Part shown: in pieces, positions 29,174 through 39,910 of the stretch | Layout of the letters: the number at the start of each line of letters is the position of its first letter | Position numbering within the stretch: position 1 is the stretch's first letter | NCBI GenBank assembly: GCA_965216875.1 | Contig: OZ244207.1 | Span: 7,552,001-7,616,000 of the forward strand | Length of the DNA stretch: 64,000 nt | Direction of reading: 5' to 3' | Source of the DNA: Rubripirellula sp. | GTDB lineage: Bacteria > Planctomycetota > Planctomycetia > Pirellulales > Pirellulaceae | The notes under the pieces: model-generated | Databases searched by the model: none | Told to the model about the DNA's origin: nothing | The model's input: only the letters and a program-made list of their open reading frames with translations | Program-made: the position numbers and the translations under genes

Positions 29174-29868
29174 GTAACGAAGACAACCAACTGCCCGAGG
29201 GTGCGCCCGACGATCCGCTGACGGGCCATAGCTACGATGGCATCCAAGAATACGACAACCCGCTGCCAGGCTGGTGGAAGTGGTTGTTCGTCGCCTCGAT
29301 CCTGATCGTGCCGCCTTACATCATGTACTACCACGGTGGTGCCGAAGGCCGCTCGCTCGAGGACCTGTACGATGCAGCCTATGCCGAACACATCCAGTTG
29401 CAATTCGCCGAAATTGGCGAGCTGCCACTGAACCGCGAATCGGTCGTCAAATACCTGTATGAAGAATCGTGGCTGCGAGTCGGTAAAGCCACCTTCAAAA
29501 CGCACTGTGCGTCCTGTCACGGTCAAGATGGTGGCGGCATCGTCGGCCCCAACCTTTGTGATGACGATTACAAAAACGTCAAAGACATTGCCGACATCTT
29601 GAGAGTGATTCAAAACGGCGCTAACGGCGGCGCAATGCCCGCCTGGAAGACACGGCTGTCCCCGAACGAATTAGTTTTGGTTTCTAGCTATGTTGCAAGC
29701 CTCCGTGGCACAACACCTGCAAGTCCTAAAGCCGCCGAAGGTCGACCGATCGACCCCTGGCCCGAAGCTCCGCCACCCGAAGAAGAGACTGCAGACGAAG
29801 GTTCCGCAGACGAAGCCAGTGAAGAGACTGGCGATCAAGAATCGGGTGATCAGGATTCGGGCGAGTGA
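29170..29868 (+). CDS. ccoP: cbb3 oxidase subunit III (monoheme CcoP)
   Basis: TGHSYDGIQEYDNPLPGWW N-terminal motif; single CASCH; GPNL, MPAW; acidic tail. Confidence 0.93.
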   Translation: MSNEDNQLPEGAPDDPLTGHSYDGIQEYDNPLPGWWKWLFVASILIVPPYIMYYHGGAEGRSLEDLYDAAYAEHIQLQFAEIGELPLNRESVVKYLYEESWLRVGKATFKTHCASCHGQDGGGIVGPNLCDDDYKNVKDIADILRVIQNGANGGAMPAWKTRLSPNELVLVSSYVASLRGTTPASPKAAEGRPIDPWPEAPPPEEETADEGSADEASEETGDQESGDQDSGE

Positions 29869-29953
29869 TGCAGTTCCACAAGAAATGAATGCCGCGTGAC
29901 TTTGACACCTTCGCCAAAACTGGCAAGGTGATTGGCGGCATGCGAGTGAGGCG

Positions 29954-31405
29954 ATGAATCATCCAGACGGGACAACCCAACATCAAGCGAAAGGAGACTC
30001 GCAATCACAACAGGCATCTGACGTGGACTTGCCACTGTTGGATGCGCCCGAGCATGTGCTCAGCACACTCGAAGGCGACGGTTCACGTCGTTGGTTGTTC
30101 CCGCGACTGGCTACAGGGAAATGGTGGGCTCGTCGCCGCTGGCTTGCCTATTTCTTGATCATCTTCTTTGTGGTCGTTCCGCATTTGCGTATCGGCGGCA
30201 ATCCGCTCGTCCTGCTTGATGTTCCGTCGCGAAAGTTCATTCTGGGTGGGCACACGTTCCTGCCAACCGACACACTCTTGCTGGCACTGTTGATGCTGGG
30301 CATCTTCGTTGGCATCGTCCTTGCCACTGCGTTGGCCGGACGGGTTTGGTGCGGCTGGGCTTGCCCGCAAACGGTCTACATGGAGTTTCTGTTTCGCCCG
30401 ATTGATCGTCTGTTCTACGGACTCAAAGGGAAGGGAGGCAAACCGAAGCAACCACTCGGAGCGCCCTTGGCGGTTGCCCGCTTTTTGGTCTACCTAGTGC
30501 TCTGCATGGTGCTGGCACACACGTTCCTTGCTTACTTCATCGGCACGGAACGGTTGGCACAATGGGTGCGTAGTTCGCCGCTTGAGCATCCGACGGCGTT
30601 CATCATCATGTTTGTCACGACCGCTTTGATGATGTTCGATTTCCTGTTCTTTCGGGAACAGATGTGTTTGATCGCATGTCCCTACGGCCGCTTTCAATCG
30701 GTAATGCTCGACCGGCAAAGCTTGATCGTTGCCTATGACCAAGAACGCGGCGAACCACGTAAAAAGGGTAAGCACACCGAAGGCGACGGGGCCGGTGATT
30801 GCGTCGATTGCAACCAATGTGTTGTCGTCTGCCCCACGGGGATCGACATTCGCGATGGGTTGCAGATGGAATGCGTCAACTGCACTCAGTGCATCGATGC
30901 GTGCGACAACGTGATGGATCGAGTCGGCAAACCCGCTGGTCTGATTCGCTACAGTTCCCAAGACGCGCTAGCTGGCAAGCCACCGAAGCTCGTCCGGGCT
31001 CGCACGATTGCCTATCCGGCCGTCTTGCTGATCGTAGCCGTCGGTTTTGTCGTGGTCTTATCGTCGAAATTCGCATTCGATGCCAAACTACTGCGTGGCC
31101 GTGGCAATCCCTTCAATCAAATTGCAGGAGGGCAAATCACCAACAACTTTAACTTGCGGTTGGTCAATCGAACGGATGCCTCGCACACGTACGAGTTGAC
31201 CGTTGTGGCTCCCGAAGAGGCAGCCCTGCATTCCGACACGCAAGACACCATTGAACTTGATGGCAATGGAAACCAAGTTTTTCCGGTCGTGATACAGCTG
31301 CCTGCCCGGTCACTTGATGGCGGGCAGAAGGAAGGCAAACTCAAGATTGTCGATGACGTCGGAAACGAAAGAATCATCACTGTGAAATTGTTAGGACCTC
31401 GCTGA
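29954..31405 (+). CDS. ccoG: Cytochrome c oxidase accessory Fe-S membrane protein CcoG/FixG
   Basis: GRVWCGWACPQT, EQMCLIACPYGRFQ, CVDCNQCVVVCP, CVNCTQCIDAC. Confidence 0.95.
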   Translation: MNHPDGTTQHQAKGDSQSQQASDVDLPLLDAPEHVLSTLEGDGSRRWLFPRLATGKWWARRRWLAYFLIIFFVVVPHLRIGGNPLVLLDVPSRKFILGGHTFLPTDTLLLALLMLGIFVGIVLATALAGRVWCGWACPQTVYMEFLFRPIDRLFYGLKGKGGKPKQPLGAPLAVARFLVYLVLCMVLAHTFLAYFIGTERLAQWVRSSPLEHPTAFIIMFVTTALMMFDFLFFREQMCLIACPYGRFQSVMLDRQSLIVAYDQERGEPRKKGKHTEGDGAGDCVDCNQCVVVCPTGIDIRDGLQMECVNCTQCIDACDNVMDRVGKPAGLIRYSSQDALAGKPPKLVRARTIAYPAVLLIVAVGFVVVLSSKFAFDAKLLRGRGNPFNQIAGGQITNNFNLRLVNRTDASHTYELTVVAPEEAALHSDTQDTIELDGNGNQVFPVVIQLPARSLDGGQKEGKLKIVDDVGNERIITVKLLGPR

Positions 31406-31947
31406 TGTCAAATCACGAAAACCCAATTGATACCAAGCGAGCGAGTCGCAATGCGGCTTGGCGTTGGGGGTCGATCGTCGTCGGTCTCCTGAGTCTGCAG
31501 GTGGCGCTGGGCGTTGCCGCGATCATGTTAGCGACCGGTGATGAATCGGTCGCCGTGATTCCGAACTACCATGAGAAAGCGCTCAACTGGGACAAGGAAG
31601 TCGCATTGCGTACGGCGTCAAAGGAACTCGGTTGGGTCGCGCAGATCGATCAAACCGAAGGGACGTCGACCGCTGGGTTGCAACTTCGTCTTCGCGACCG
31701 CAATGGCCAGCTCGTGCAAATCGAATCGGGCACGTTGGAAATCTATCGTCATGCCCGTGCCAACGACACCAAGCGAATCGAGTTGCCAAGCGCCGAGGTC
31801 GCGCTGACGATGGACGACTGCTTCGACGCCGAAGGCCATTGGCAAGTCAGTCTTGATGTGCTTGATGTCGATGGCAATCGTTTCGTCGACTCACAACAGC
31901 TCTTCGTTGATTTTTCGACGCACGATCAGGAGCAAGGAGACTCCTGA
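31405..31947 (+). CDS. ccoH: FixH/CcoH family protein
   Basis: N-terminal TM, VIPNYHEKALNWD, LGW motif, Ig-like C-terminus with GHW; position after ccoG. Confidence 0.85.
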   Translation: MSNHENPIDTKRASRNAAWRWGSIVVGLLSLQVALGVAAIMLATGDESVAVIPNYHEKALNWDKEVALRTASKELGWVAQIDQTEGTSTAGLQLRLRDRNGQLVQIESGTLEIYRHARANDTKRIELPSAEVALTMDDCFDAEGHWQVSLDVLDVDGNRFVDSQQLFVDFSTHDQEQGDS

Positions 31948-31949
31948 TC

Positions 31950-32840
31950 ATGTGGACGCTTGCAGCCGCCATTTTTTTTGCCAGTCTCTTGGGAAGCATG
32001 CACTGTGTTGGCATGTGCGGCCCCCTTGCGATCTGGGCGACGGCGGGCGGACAGGCGCGGGGATCGATCATCACCTACCACCTTGGCCGGCTCACGACTT
32101 ACCTTTCGGCTGGACTCGTGGCGGGCGTGCTTGGCACGGTGGTTGGCATCACGGGTGAATTTGCTGGGTTTCAAATGCTGGCGGCCCGAATCGCCGGTGG
32201 TCTGTTGGTCGTTTTCGGCGTCATCCGTTTGGCCCAGCTGGTGCCGCGACGACGAGCGACTCAAGAGACGTCCGAGGGTGTGGTCGCGAGCATCGCCAAG
32301 CCGTCCAAGATCGCAGCCCTTCTGCAACGTGCAAAACCGATTCTGGCCAGCCAGGGTCCACTCTCGCGTGCCTACTTTGGTGGCGTGCTGACAACATGGC
32401 TGCCCTGTGGTTGGCTGTACCTGTTCGTGCTGATCGCTGCCGGCACAGGTTCGGTTGTCACCGCGGTCACCGTGATGTTTGCCTTTTGGGTCGGCACACT
32501 CCCAGCTTTGACCGGGGTCGTGTTGGGCGCGAGAACGCTTGTGCCAAGGTTCAAGAGTGTTGTGCCAGCTGCGGCCGGCATTTTGCTTGTCATCTTTGGG
32601 CTTTATACCGCAACCGGACGGGCCTCGGCTGATTTGTCGACAATGTTGCCGCCACAGACCCTGCCTAGCCTCGGCGACGTCGATTCGATGCTTAACGTTG
32701 CCGATCAACCACTGCCCTGTTGTGAATGCGAGCAGGATGCGGCTGCTGGAATCAACGACGGATCGCAGCCACAATTGACGGAATCGCCAGGGCAAACGGT
32801 CGCGGAAACCCTTTCCGCGGCGGACCCGCTTTCCGAGTGA
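31950..32840 (+). CDS. DsbD_2/TauE-like membrane protein of cbb3 biogenesis clusters
   Basis: GSMHCVGMCGP, YHLGRLTTY, WLPCGWLY, MFAFWVGTLP. Confidence 0.9.
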   Translation: MWTLAAAIFFASLLGSMHCVGMCGPLAIWATAGGQARGSIITYHLGRLTTYLSAGLVAGVLGTVVGITGEFAGFQMLAARIAGGLLVVFGVIRLAQLVPRRRATQETSEGVVASIAKPSKIAALLQRAKPILASQGPLSRAYFGGVLTTWLPCGWLYLFVLIAAGTGSVVTAVTVMFAFWVGTLPALTGVVLGARTLVPRFKSVVPAAAGILLVIFGLYTATGRASADLSTMLPPQTLPSLGDVDSMLNVADQPLPCCECEQDAAAGINDGSQPQLTESPGQTVAETLSAADPLSE

Positions 32841-35398
32841 CGAACCCGCCAGACATGTCCAGCGCGCCCTCCGATGAATCAACGCGACCGACAAGCGTCG
32901 CATGCGCGCATTGTGGCTTGCCTGCCCCGCCACCAAAAGCGCCTGCCGAGCCATCGTTCTGTTGTCACGGTTGCAAGGGAGCCTACGAGCTGATTCGAGG
33001 GTGGGGACTCGAGGAGTACTACCAGCTGCGCGACGCAGATGGCGAGCTTGCGGTGGACGCTTCGGAAATCTCGTTCGCCGACTTCGACGATGCGGCCCTG
33101 CTTGGGCGATCGGCACCGATGCCCGTCAGCAACATCCAAAGCGTCCGAGATCAACGCGACCAGAGGTTTCGTTCAAAACTCTCGGTGTCGGGTTTGCATT
33201 GTGTCGCTTGCATTTGGTTGATCGAACGTGCGAGCGAACGTGTCGATGGTTGGCATTCGACGACCGTCAACATGCACACGCGAACGATAGAAGTCGTCTT
33301 CGACCCCAATGTCATTCGGCTATCGGCGATCGGGATGTATTTGTATCGACTGGGTTATCGCATCTCGGTCTGGCAACCTGATCAAGACAAAGATCCCGAT
33401 GCCAAAGAAAACACCAAGATGTTGATTGGCATTGCGGTGTCGGGGTTTTGCGCTGCGAACGCCATGTGGATCGCCGTCGCGCTTTACGCGGGCGAACACT
33501 CGGGCATCGAGGACGAACATGCCTGGTTCTTACGCGTCGCGGGCGTTGTCCTTGGTTCACTTGCCGTCATTTTTCCTGGCCGCGTCTTCTATCGAAGTGC
33601 ATGGGCATCCTGGAAAACCCGCACTCCACACATGGACTTGCCGGTCGCGGTTGGGTTGACTGCTGGGCTCTTGGGCAGCATTCACGGTTTGTTTGATTTG
33701 CAGAACCAAGTCTACTTTGACTCGATCGCTGCGCTGGTGTTTTTTCTTCTGGTGGGTCGCTGGATTCAAATGCGGCAACAACGACGTGCTGGTGAAGCGG
33801 TCGCCGAGCTTGTTCGCATCGCGCCGCATGTCGCCACACGGATCAACCAGGATGGCAGCGAAGATCGTGTTCCCGTCGACTCGATCGCGATCGGTGACCT
33901 GGTTCGCATCGATCCTGGCAATAGCATTCCCATCGACGGCGAAATCACCGATGGCACTTCCGCTGTCGATCGCTCGCTGATGACCGGAGAAAGCCGTCCG
34001 GTCGAGGTGGGGCAAGGCGATTTGGTCGAGGCGGGAACGGAAAACCTGCAAGGTTCACTTACGGTGCGAGCCACCGCAGCGCCCAACGACACTCGATTCG
34101 CAGAATTGACACGCGCCGTCGCCAAAGCGGCCCAATCACGTACGCCGATCGTCCAACTTGCCAATCGCATCGGTGGCTGGTTTGTGATGGTCGTTCTCTC
34201 TTTGGCGGTCATCACGGCATTCATCTGGTGGCAGCGAGATCCATCGCAGGTGGTTGGTCATGTTGTCTCGCTATTGATCGTGGCCTGCCCATGCGCTCTC
34301 GCTCTGGCGACACCCCTTGCCATTGCGGTCTCCATCGGAAGGCTCGCCAAACGCGGCATCTTGGTGCGCGACGGAGATTGCTTGGAACGGATGCATCACA
34401 CCGGCACGATCCTGTTTGACAAGACGGGGACGTTGACCGAGGGCAAGATGCGGGTGTCGCGTTGGGTTGGCGACGACTCATCACTCGCTGCGTCGGCGGC
34501 AATCGAAGCCAACGTCAATCACCCCATTGCAAAAGCGGTCACCCATTTCGCCGCGGATAAAAGCGTGGATCGAGCCGAGGCGGAAGACGTGCGCCAGGAC
34601 GTGGGGCGAGGTGTAAGTGGCGTTGTTAACGGAGCCCGCTACACGATCGGTCGTGTCGATATCGCAACCCTGGATCGAAACCGTCAACTGTCGATGGTCA
34701 GCGGCCGTTCCATTGACGTCGTCGATTCGAGTCGTGATTGGCACGCGATTGCCGAAGAGATCGCCGACGATGGAGCGAGTCCATTGCAGGTTTTGCGCGA
34801 CGACGAGGTTGTTGCGTTGTTCGGCGTTACTGACCCGCTTCGAACCAGTGCCTTTGAAGTGACCCGGTTTTTCCGCCAACAGGGTTGGGAACTCGGAATC
34901 ATTTCGGGTGACAATCAACGGACGGTCAATCGTGTCGCCGCGGCCCTCGAACTTGATGAACACTGTAGCCAGGGCGAACTACTTCCCGAAGAGAAGCTTC
35001 AGGCAATCGAGAACCACAAGTCTGGCGGCCGAGCAAAGACGGTTGTGATGGTGGGTGACGGAGTCAACGATGCTGCTGCGCTCGCCGCCTCGGACGTTGG
35101 CATTGCGATTGGAGGTGGAGCTGCCGCAAGTCTGCACGCGGCGCCCGTACTGATCGCTGACGGACGGCTATCAAGAATCACGTTGCTGGCCGAAGCAGCT
35201 GAACAAACGCGGAAGAGTATTCAAAGGAATTTTGCAGTTTCCATCAGCTACAATGCGTTTGCTGTGGTGTTGGCAATGACGGGGATGATCACGCCGCTGA
35301 TTGCCGCGCTGCTCATGCCAATCAGCAGCGTGAGTGTGCTTGCACTAACGATGTCCCATAAGACTCTGCCCGATTCGAGATCGGAGAAAGGATCATGA
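32837..35398 (+). CDS. ccoI: Copper-translocating P1B-type ATPase CcoI/FixI
   Basis: CAHCG...FCCHGC, HMA GLHCVAC, TGES, ACPCALAL, DKTGTLT, HP, MVGDGVNDA. Start set to GTG overlapping the upstream stop (ATG 32855 is an alternative). Confidence 0.93.
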   Translation: MTNPPDMSSAPSDESTRPTSVACAHCGLPAPPPKAPAEPSFCCHGCKGAYELIRGWGLEEYYQLRDADGELAVDASEISFADFDDAALLGRSAPMPVSNIQSVRDQRDQRFRSKLSVSGLHCVACIWLIERASERVDGWHSTTVNMHTRTIEVVFDPNVIRLSAIGMYLYRLGYRISVWQPDQDKDPDAKENTKMLIGIAVSGFCAANAMWIAVALYAGEHSGIEDEHAWFLRVAGVVLGSLAVIFPGRVFYRSAWASWKTRTPHMDLPVAVGLTAGLLGSIHGLFDLQNQVYFDSIAALVFFLLVGRWIQMRQQRRAGEAVAELVRIAPHVATRINQDGSEDRVPVDSIAIGDLVRIDPGNSIPIDGEITDGTSAVDRSLMTGESRPVEVGQGDLVEAGTENLQGSLTVRATAAPNDTRFAELTRAVAKAAQSRTPIVQLANRIGGWFVMVVLSLAVITAFIWWQRDPSQVVGHVVSLLIVACPCALALATPLAIAVSIGRLAKRGILVRDGDCLERMHHTGTILFDKTGTLTEGKMRVSRWVGDDSSLAASAAIEANVNHPIAKAVTHFAADKSVDRAEAEDVRQDVGRGVSGVVNGARYTIGRVDIATLDRNRQLSMVSGRSIDVVDSSRDWHAIAEEIADDGASPLQVLRDDEVVALFGVTDPLRTSAFEVTRFFRQQGWELGIISGDNQRTVNRVAAALELDEHCSQGELLPEEKLQAIENHKSGGRAKTVVMVGDGVNDAAALAASDVGIAIGGGAAASLHAAPVLIADGRLSRITLLAEAAEQTRKSIQRNFAVSISYNAFAVVLAMTGMITPLIAALLMPISSVSVLALTMSHKTLPDSRSEKGS

Positions 35399-35604
35399 GT
35401 GTCCTTTACATTGCTCTACCGATCGCCGTGGGCTTGGGAGCCCTGGCGATGTGGGCGTGCATCCGATGTATCCAGTCAGGGCAGTTCGAAGACATGCAAT
35501 CGCCGGCTGTACGAATGTTGATCGACGACCAACCGCAGCCTAGTGACGACGTGGATGGCATTGGTCAAACAGCTGCAGAATCCGACCAATCCACCGTTGA
35601 CTAG
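35395..35604 (+). CDS. ccoS: cbb3 oxidase maturation protein CcoS
   Basis: MSVLYIALPIA...SGQFEDMQSPAVRMLIDD. Confidence 0.92.
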   Translation: MSVLYIALPIAVGLGALAMWACIRCIQSGQFEDMQSPAVRMLIDDQPQPSDDVDGIGQTAAESDQSTVD

Positions 35605-36584
35605 GATTCGTCGTTGCTCGCGCTGTCGATCTCATCAAAGTACGTCTGTTTCTCGAACTGTTCGTCATCCAATCCGACGTTCAGTTTCAAGTTGACGTAG
35701 TTGTACTCTTCGATCAACGGCAGATTCTTCTTGTCGTCGTCTTGTGGCCAACCGTAGACGACCAGTCGGATTGGGACGTGAAGTTCGTCGTCAACGTACA
35801 GACTTGCACGGTAGAACTCGACGCCACCGCGGTCCTCGGGATGCAAGACTTGAATGTGTGTGCAGACGCGATCCTTGACCTTGGCTCCGCGAAAGTAGGA
35901 GACTTTGGTATTCGATCCGTCGGGGTCACGTTCGATATCGGCAGTCACACGATCGACCAATCGATCCATGATTTTGTCGAATCCGACATCGGTGATTGCA
36001 TAGTTGCTTTCTCGGCGAGCGATCTTGCCGCGTGGGTCGATCTTCAACTCGACGTTCTTGAAGGCACCACGGCCCCCTTTCTTGACCAACACCAAACCTT
36101 CGTTTTCGCCGTCGACATAAAGGACCGTGCGGCCTTTGACACTTTTGGGCGCCTGGAACTCCATCATCACGGCCATAGGCATTTGATCGTCCCCATCCTT
36201 TGCTTCACGCTCGCGTCTGAATTTCACCGCGGCGAGTTGATAGGGTTGAAGCCGACCGTCGATTCGTTCGCGCTTGACCAGTTGGCAGGTGTAGTCGCGG
36301 ATGTGGTTGCGAATGTAATTCGAACGCGACTTGGCGTATTCGATCGTTTTTTGCAACGGATGAATGAAGGACTTCACCGGTCGGGGTTCGACCGATTTAA
36401 TGCTCGCTGGTTGGACCTTCGCCGAGCTGGGGTTGGGGGCTTTGGCGATCGAGGCGGAGGCCTGAGTGACCTCGGCGGACGCCGGTTTTTCCTTGCCTGC
36501 TGGAGTCTCGTCGGCACTTGCTGGCGGCATCAGCAAGCCAGCAATGACAACCAAACTAAGCGCTCGCTCACGTGGCAACTTCAT
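35601..36584 (-). CDS. DUF1571-like secreted protein
   Basis: Signal peptide; DYTCQLVKRERIDG, VLYVDGENEG, YAITDVG, LIEEYNYVNLKLNVGL. Confidence 0.8.
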   Translation of the reverse strand: MKLPRERALSLVVIAGLLMPPASADETPAGKEKPASAEVTQASASIAKAPNPSSAKVQPASIKSVEPRPVKSFIHPLQKTIEYAKSRSNYIRNHIRDYTCQLVKRERIDGRLQPYQLAAVKFRREREAKDGDDQMPMAVMMEFQAPKSVKGRTVLYVDGENEGLVLVKKGGRGAFKNVELKIDPRGKIARRESNYAITDVGFDKIMDRLVDRVTADIERDPDGSNTKVSYFRGAKVKDRVCTHIQVLHPEDRGGVEFYRASLYVDDELHVPIRLVVYGWPQDDDKKNLPLIEEYNYVNLKLNVGLDDEQFEKQTYFDEIDSASNDES

Positions 36585-36807
36585 CCTTGATCACCCTTTT
36601 CCAGCAACGATTCCCTTCGCACGACCCCGGTCGCGGAACCGTTCAATCCATCCATTCAACGTCAGCGGGGCAAACGACGTTCGTGGGGCATACGGGCACA
36701 CCCACGTTTGGAACGATCGTCTATAGAAAGTCCACGGCTTTCATGGCAAGACACAAAATGAAAGCGCGGTCGTGAAACACGTTGGAGCGCGTGTCGTGAA
36801 CGAATCT

Positions 36808-39318
36808 TCAGGCTTCAAGTGAATCGATCATTTCGCCATCTGGGCGGATGCGAAACGAAAAGACCGCACCTCCGTCGGGGGAATTCGATGCGGTGATCAA
36901 TCCCCCGTGCCCTTCGATAATGGTCTTGCTGATCGCCAGCCCGAGACCCATTCCGCTCGGCTTCGTCGATGAAAACGCATCGAAGAGATTGAAATTGTCC
37001 GGCGGCAGCCCAGGGCCATTATCGGACACCTGAAGGACCAATAGCCCTTCCTGGCAACTTGCGCTGATCGCCACACGAGGTGGCGCATCGTCACCGCGCT
37101 GGCGAGCCGCTTCGAATGCGTTGCGTAGCAAGTTGACGAGGACTTGTTGGATTTGAATGGCATCGACTTTGACCTGGGGCAGCCCACCCTCGATTTTGCA
37201 GTCAACCTGAATTCCCGCACGGGTGGCGTCGTGCTTGGTCAGCGTCATCGCGGCATCGACCACGGTTGCAATATCAACGTCACCCCGTTTTGTGGGCACG
37301 GAGTCGACAAAATCGCGAAGACGCATGATCACGGCGCCGGCAAATGACGAGGCCGAAATGATCTGACCGAGCCATTCCTGCACCTGCGTTTTGTCGATTT
37401 CGCCCTCGCCCCCATTGATGCCTTCTCCGCCGATGATGTTGGAACATGCCTTGGCGAAATTCTGAATCGCGTACAGAGGCTGGTTCAATTCGTGAGCCAG
37501 GCCCCCGACCATTTCGGCCATGGTCGAGATTCGGTCGACATGAGCGAGTTCTGTTTCCATCTTCCGCAAGCTGTCTTCGACACGCTTGCGTTCGGTGACG
37601 TCTCGCGCAAATGCAATGACGCGAGCAATGCCATCGACCGCGACGCGAACCGCCGTGACGTCAACTGGAAAGACGGTTCCATCTTTACGAACGTGGCGCA
37701 CTTCAAAGTCAAGGCAGTCGCCGTTAGCCAACCGATCGAGTCGATCAGGGAGTAACGCGGCATCTTCGGGAACGTCAAGACTCGCTAAGGATTTGCCGGT
37801 CAACTCGCCGGAACGATAGCCATGCATATGCTCGGCAGCTTCGTTGGCCATGATGATCGCACCTCGATCTTTACCCTCGGCATTGATCAAGAAAATCGCG
37901 TTTGGCGCGTTTTGAAAAATCGTCTTGAAGCGTTCTTCGCTTTCGTAGAGGGCGTGTTCGATTTCGCGTCGTTCGGTGATATCCGCTAGGGCTCCGACGG
38001 CGCGCACTGGCTGCGAGTTTTCGTCAAGCTCTACTCGGCCGCGAGCTTGGACCCACCGCATGCGGTCCTGACCGAACACGCGGTATTGGCAGTTGTAGGG
38101 TTTGCCCTCGAACATCGATTCGTTGATTCGCTGAACCACATCGTCGCGATCGTCGTCGTGAATGCGAGCGAGATACAGCTCGAGCGGTGCGCCGGCCTCA
38201 GCGGTCTCGTAGTCGATACCGAACACTAACGCCAAGCCTCGATCAGCTCGCACAATGTCGTTGGGGATGTCGTAATCCCAGGTGCCAATGGCGCCGGCCT
38301 CGAGTGCAAGGGTTTGGCGATGTTGCGTCTCGACAAGCGCCTCTTGAACGATCGTACGTTCAATCTCACTGGCCGCACGGTTCGCAAAGAGTTCGAGGAT
38401 CTGGCGGGCGGCCCGGCGATCATTCATCGGTTTGTCGTCGATTGCCGACAAGAGGCCAAGGGTTTCGCCGGATGAACTGACAAGTGGCGTGCCGAGGTAA
38501 CTTACCGCCTTCATGTCGACAAGCATCGTGTCGGCGGGGAATTGCTCGACGATACTGTCGGGGTAAAAGCAAGTACGGGCTGCAACCACGTGGTCACAAG
38601 GTGTTCCCGCCAAGTCGTAAGTGACGTTCTCGGCAAGCTCGCCATCGGCCCAGTAAGCAAGAGCGCTTGCTTGTGACTTATCGGGACCCACCAACTTTCC
38701 AAGAAAGACGTACCGAAACCCAAACACTTCTGCCAAGTGTTTGACCAAAGCTCGATAAAAGTCTTCGCCCGTGCAACGCGCCGTCCCTTCCACGATGCAA
38801 CTCATCGCTTCACGGACCAACTTCGACTCTTGCTCGACTTCCAGCCGATCGGAGACATCACTGGCGAGCGAGAGCCAAGAAATGACCTTTCCCGATTCTT
38901 CCCGAACGACCGAGTTGAACCACTCGCAAGAAACGACCGAACCGTCTTTGCAATAGTTGCGATTGAATGACTGGTTATAGTCAACTTCGCCGCTTACCAA
39001 CTGTTGGCTCACCGACTTGACGTGCTCAATGTCGTCGTCGTGGATGAAGCGAAAGTCATTCCACGGCCTGCCGATCACTTCTTCAGCGGTCCAGCCAAAA
39101 ATCTCTTCGGCTCGCTTGGACCAATGCGCGACGACCAAGTTCTCGTCCCACTCGATCACACCCAAGGGTGAGTGATCGATGGGATGTTTGAATGGCAACT
39201 TGCGGAGAGTCGGAGCCGGCGTCCGTTTCCCCTCTTGGAGGTCGAGTTGCTTGAGCCGAGCATGGATCTCTTCGAGCTGCTCAAGCAATTCCTCGCGTGT
39301 TTCGGCCACCTTGGACAT
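36808..39318 (-). CDS. Soluble PAS-GAF-PAS-PAS sensor histidine kinase (FixL/TodS-type H box)
   Basis: Three PAS motifs, GAF (YDLAGTPC...SYLGTPL), H box LAHELNQPL, N box QVLVNLLRNA, DNGPG, GMGLGLAIS. Confidence 0.93.
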   Translation of the reverse strand: MSKVAETREELLEQLEEIHARLKQLDLQEGKRTPAPTLRKLPFKHPIDHSPLGVIEWDENLVVAHWSKRAEEIFGWTAEEVIGRPWNDFRFIHDDDIEHVKSVSQQLVSGEVDYNQSFNRNYCKDGSVVSCEWFNSVVREESGKVISWLSLASDVSDRLEVEQESKLVREAMSCIVEGTARCTGEDFYRALVKHLAEVFGFRYVFLGKLVGPDKSQASALAYWADGELAENVTYDLAGTPCDHVVAARTCFYPDSIVEQFPADTMLVDMKAVSYLGTPLVSSSGETLGLLSAIDDKPMNDRRAARQILELFANRAASEIERTIVQEALVETQHRQTLALEAGAIGTWDYDIPNDIVRADRGLALVFGIDYETAEAGAPLELYLARIHDDDRDDVVQRINESMFEGKPYNCQYRVFGQDRMRWVQARGRVELDENSQPVRAVGALADITERREIEHALYESEERFKTIFQNAPNAIFLINAEGKDRGAIIMANEAAEHMHGYRSGELTGKSLASLDVPEDAALLPDRLDRLANGDCLDFEVRHVRKDGTVFPVDVTAVRVAVDGIARVIAFARDVTERKRVEDSLRKMETELAHVDRISTMAEMVGGLAHELNQPLYAIQNFAKACSNIIGGEGINGGEGEIDKTQVQEWLGQIISASSFAGAVIMRLRDFVDSVPTKRGDVDIATVVDAAMTLTKHDATRAGIQVDCKIEGGLPQVKVDAIQIQQVLVNLLRNAFEAARQRGDDAPPRVAISASCQEGLLVLQVSDNGPGLPPDNFNLFDAFSSTKPSGMGLGLAISKTIIEGHGGLITASNSPDGGAVFSFRIRPDGEMIDSLEA

Positions 39319-39498
39319 GAATTCTCGGCATCAATCGAAAAGGGCCCCGCGACGTGATTTGAGCATCACACTGGATCAATGTCGACACCGATCTGGTGAT
39401 CACGGCACGACGCACTGAAAGCATCCCAGCGGCCATGCCCAACATCATTCTGCCACATTTCATGCCAAGAATCAGCCTGTCACTTGAACTGGCCCCAT

Positions 39499-39879
39499 TC
39501 AACCATCAATTCCAACATCTCCTGTGATCTTGTCTTTGTAGATGGAGAGTCGTCCGAGCGCCGCATCGACGTCATGCGGATCGACGCCCGCCGCTTCGGC
39601 CGCGTCTGCGAAGTGACCGCAGAACGTCGCGAAGTGTTGGTCGGTGATTCCGCGTCCCTTGTGAATCGCCGTCAATTCGGCTCCCGTGTAGACAACGGGG
39701 CCATCAAGTGCAGAGGCGATGAATTCAAACTGCATCCCGTGCAGCCGCTCCATCGATGTGTTTTCAAAGAAATGGCTAAGCGAAGGATCGCTAAGCACGC
39801 GCTGGTACATGTCGCGAACAATCGCAGCGACCTTTTCTTTCCCGCCAAAACGGTCAAAAAGCGATGGTGTTGAATTCAT
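39499..39879 (-). CDS. glbN: Group I truncated hemoglobin
   Basis: SLFDRFGG, MYQRVLSDPSLSHFF, Q(E11) MQFEF, GPVVYTG, proximal His AIHKG. Confidence 0.9.
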   Translation of the reverse strand: MNSTPSLFDRFGGKEKVAAIVRDMYQRVLSDPSLSHFFENTSMERLHGMQFEFIASALDGPVVYTGAELTAIHKGRGITDQHFATFCGHFADAAEAAGVDPHDVDAALGRLSIYKDKITGDVGIDG

Positions 39880-39910
39880 GGTGCTACCTGAACTTTGGGG
39901 ACGTGAATTC

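Noticed and set aside
36660..36720. GGGCAAAC-containing segment as a c-di-GMP-I riboswitch
   Set aside because: Lacks the GNRA loop and GACGCAAAGC core, and is on the wrong strand for the neighbouring gene.
39451..39470. TTGGCATG element (minus strand) upstream of the PAS/GAF kinase as a sigma54 promoter
   Set aside because: Spacing is GG-N11-GC and the -12 box is GTGG; sigma54 spacing is strict.
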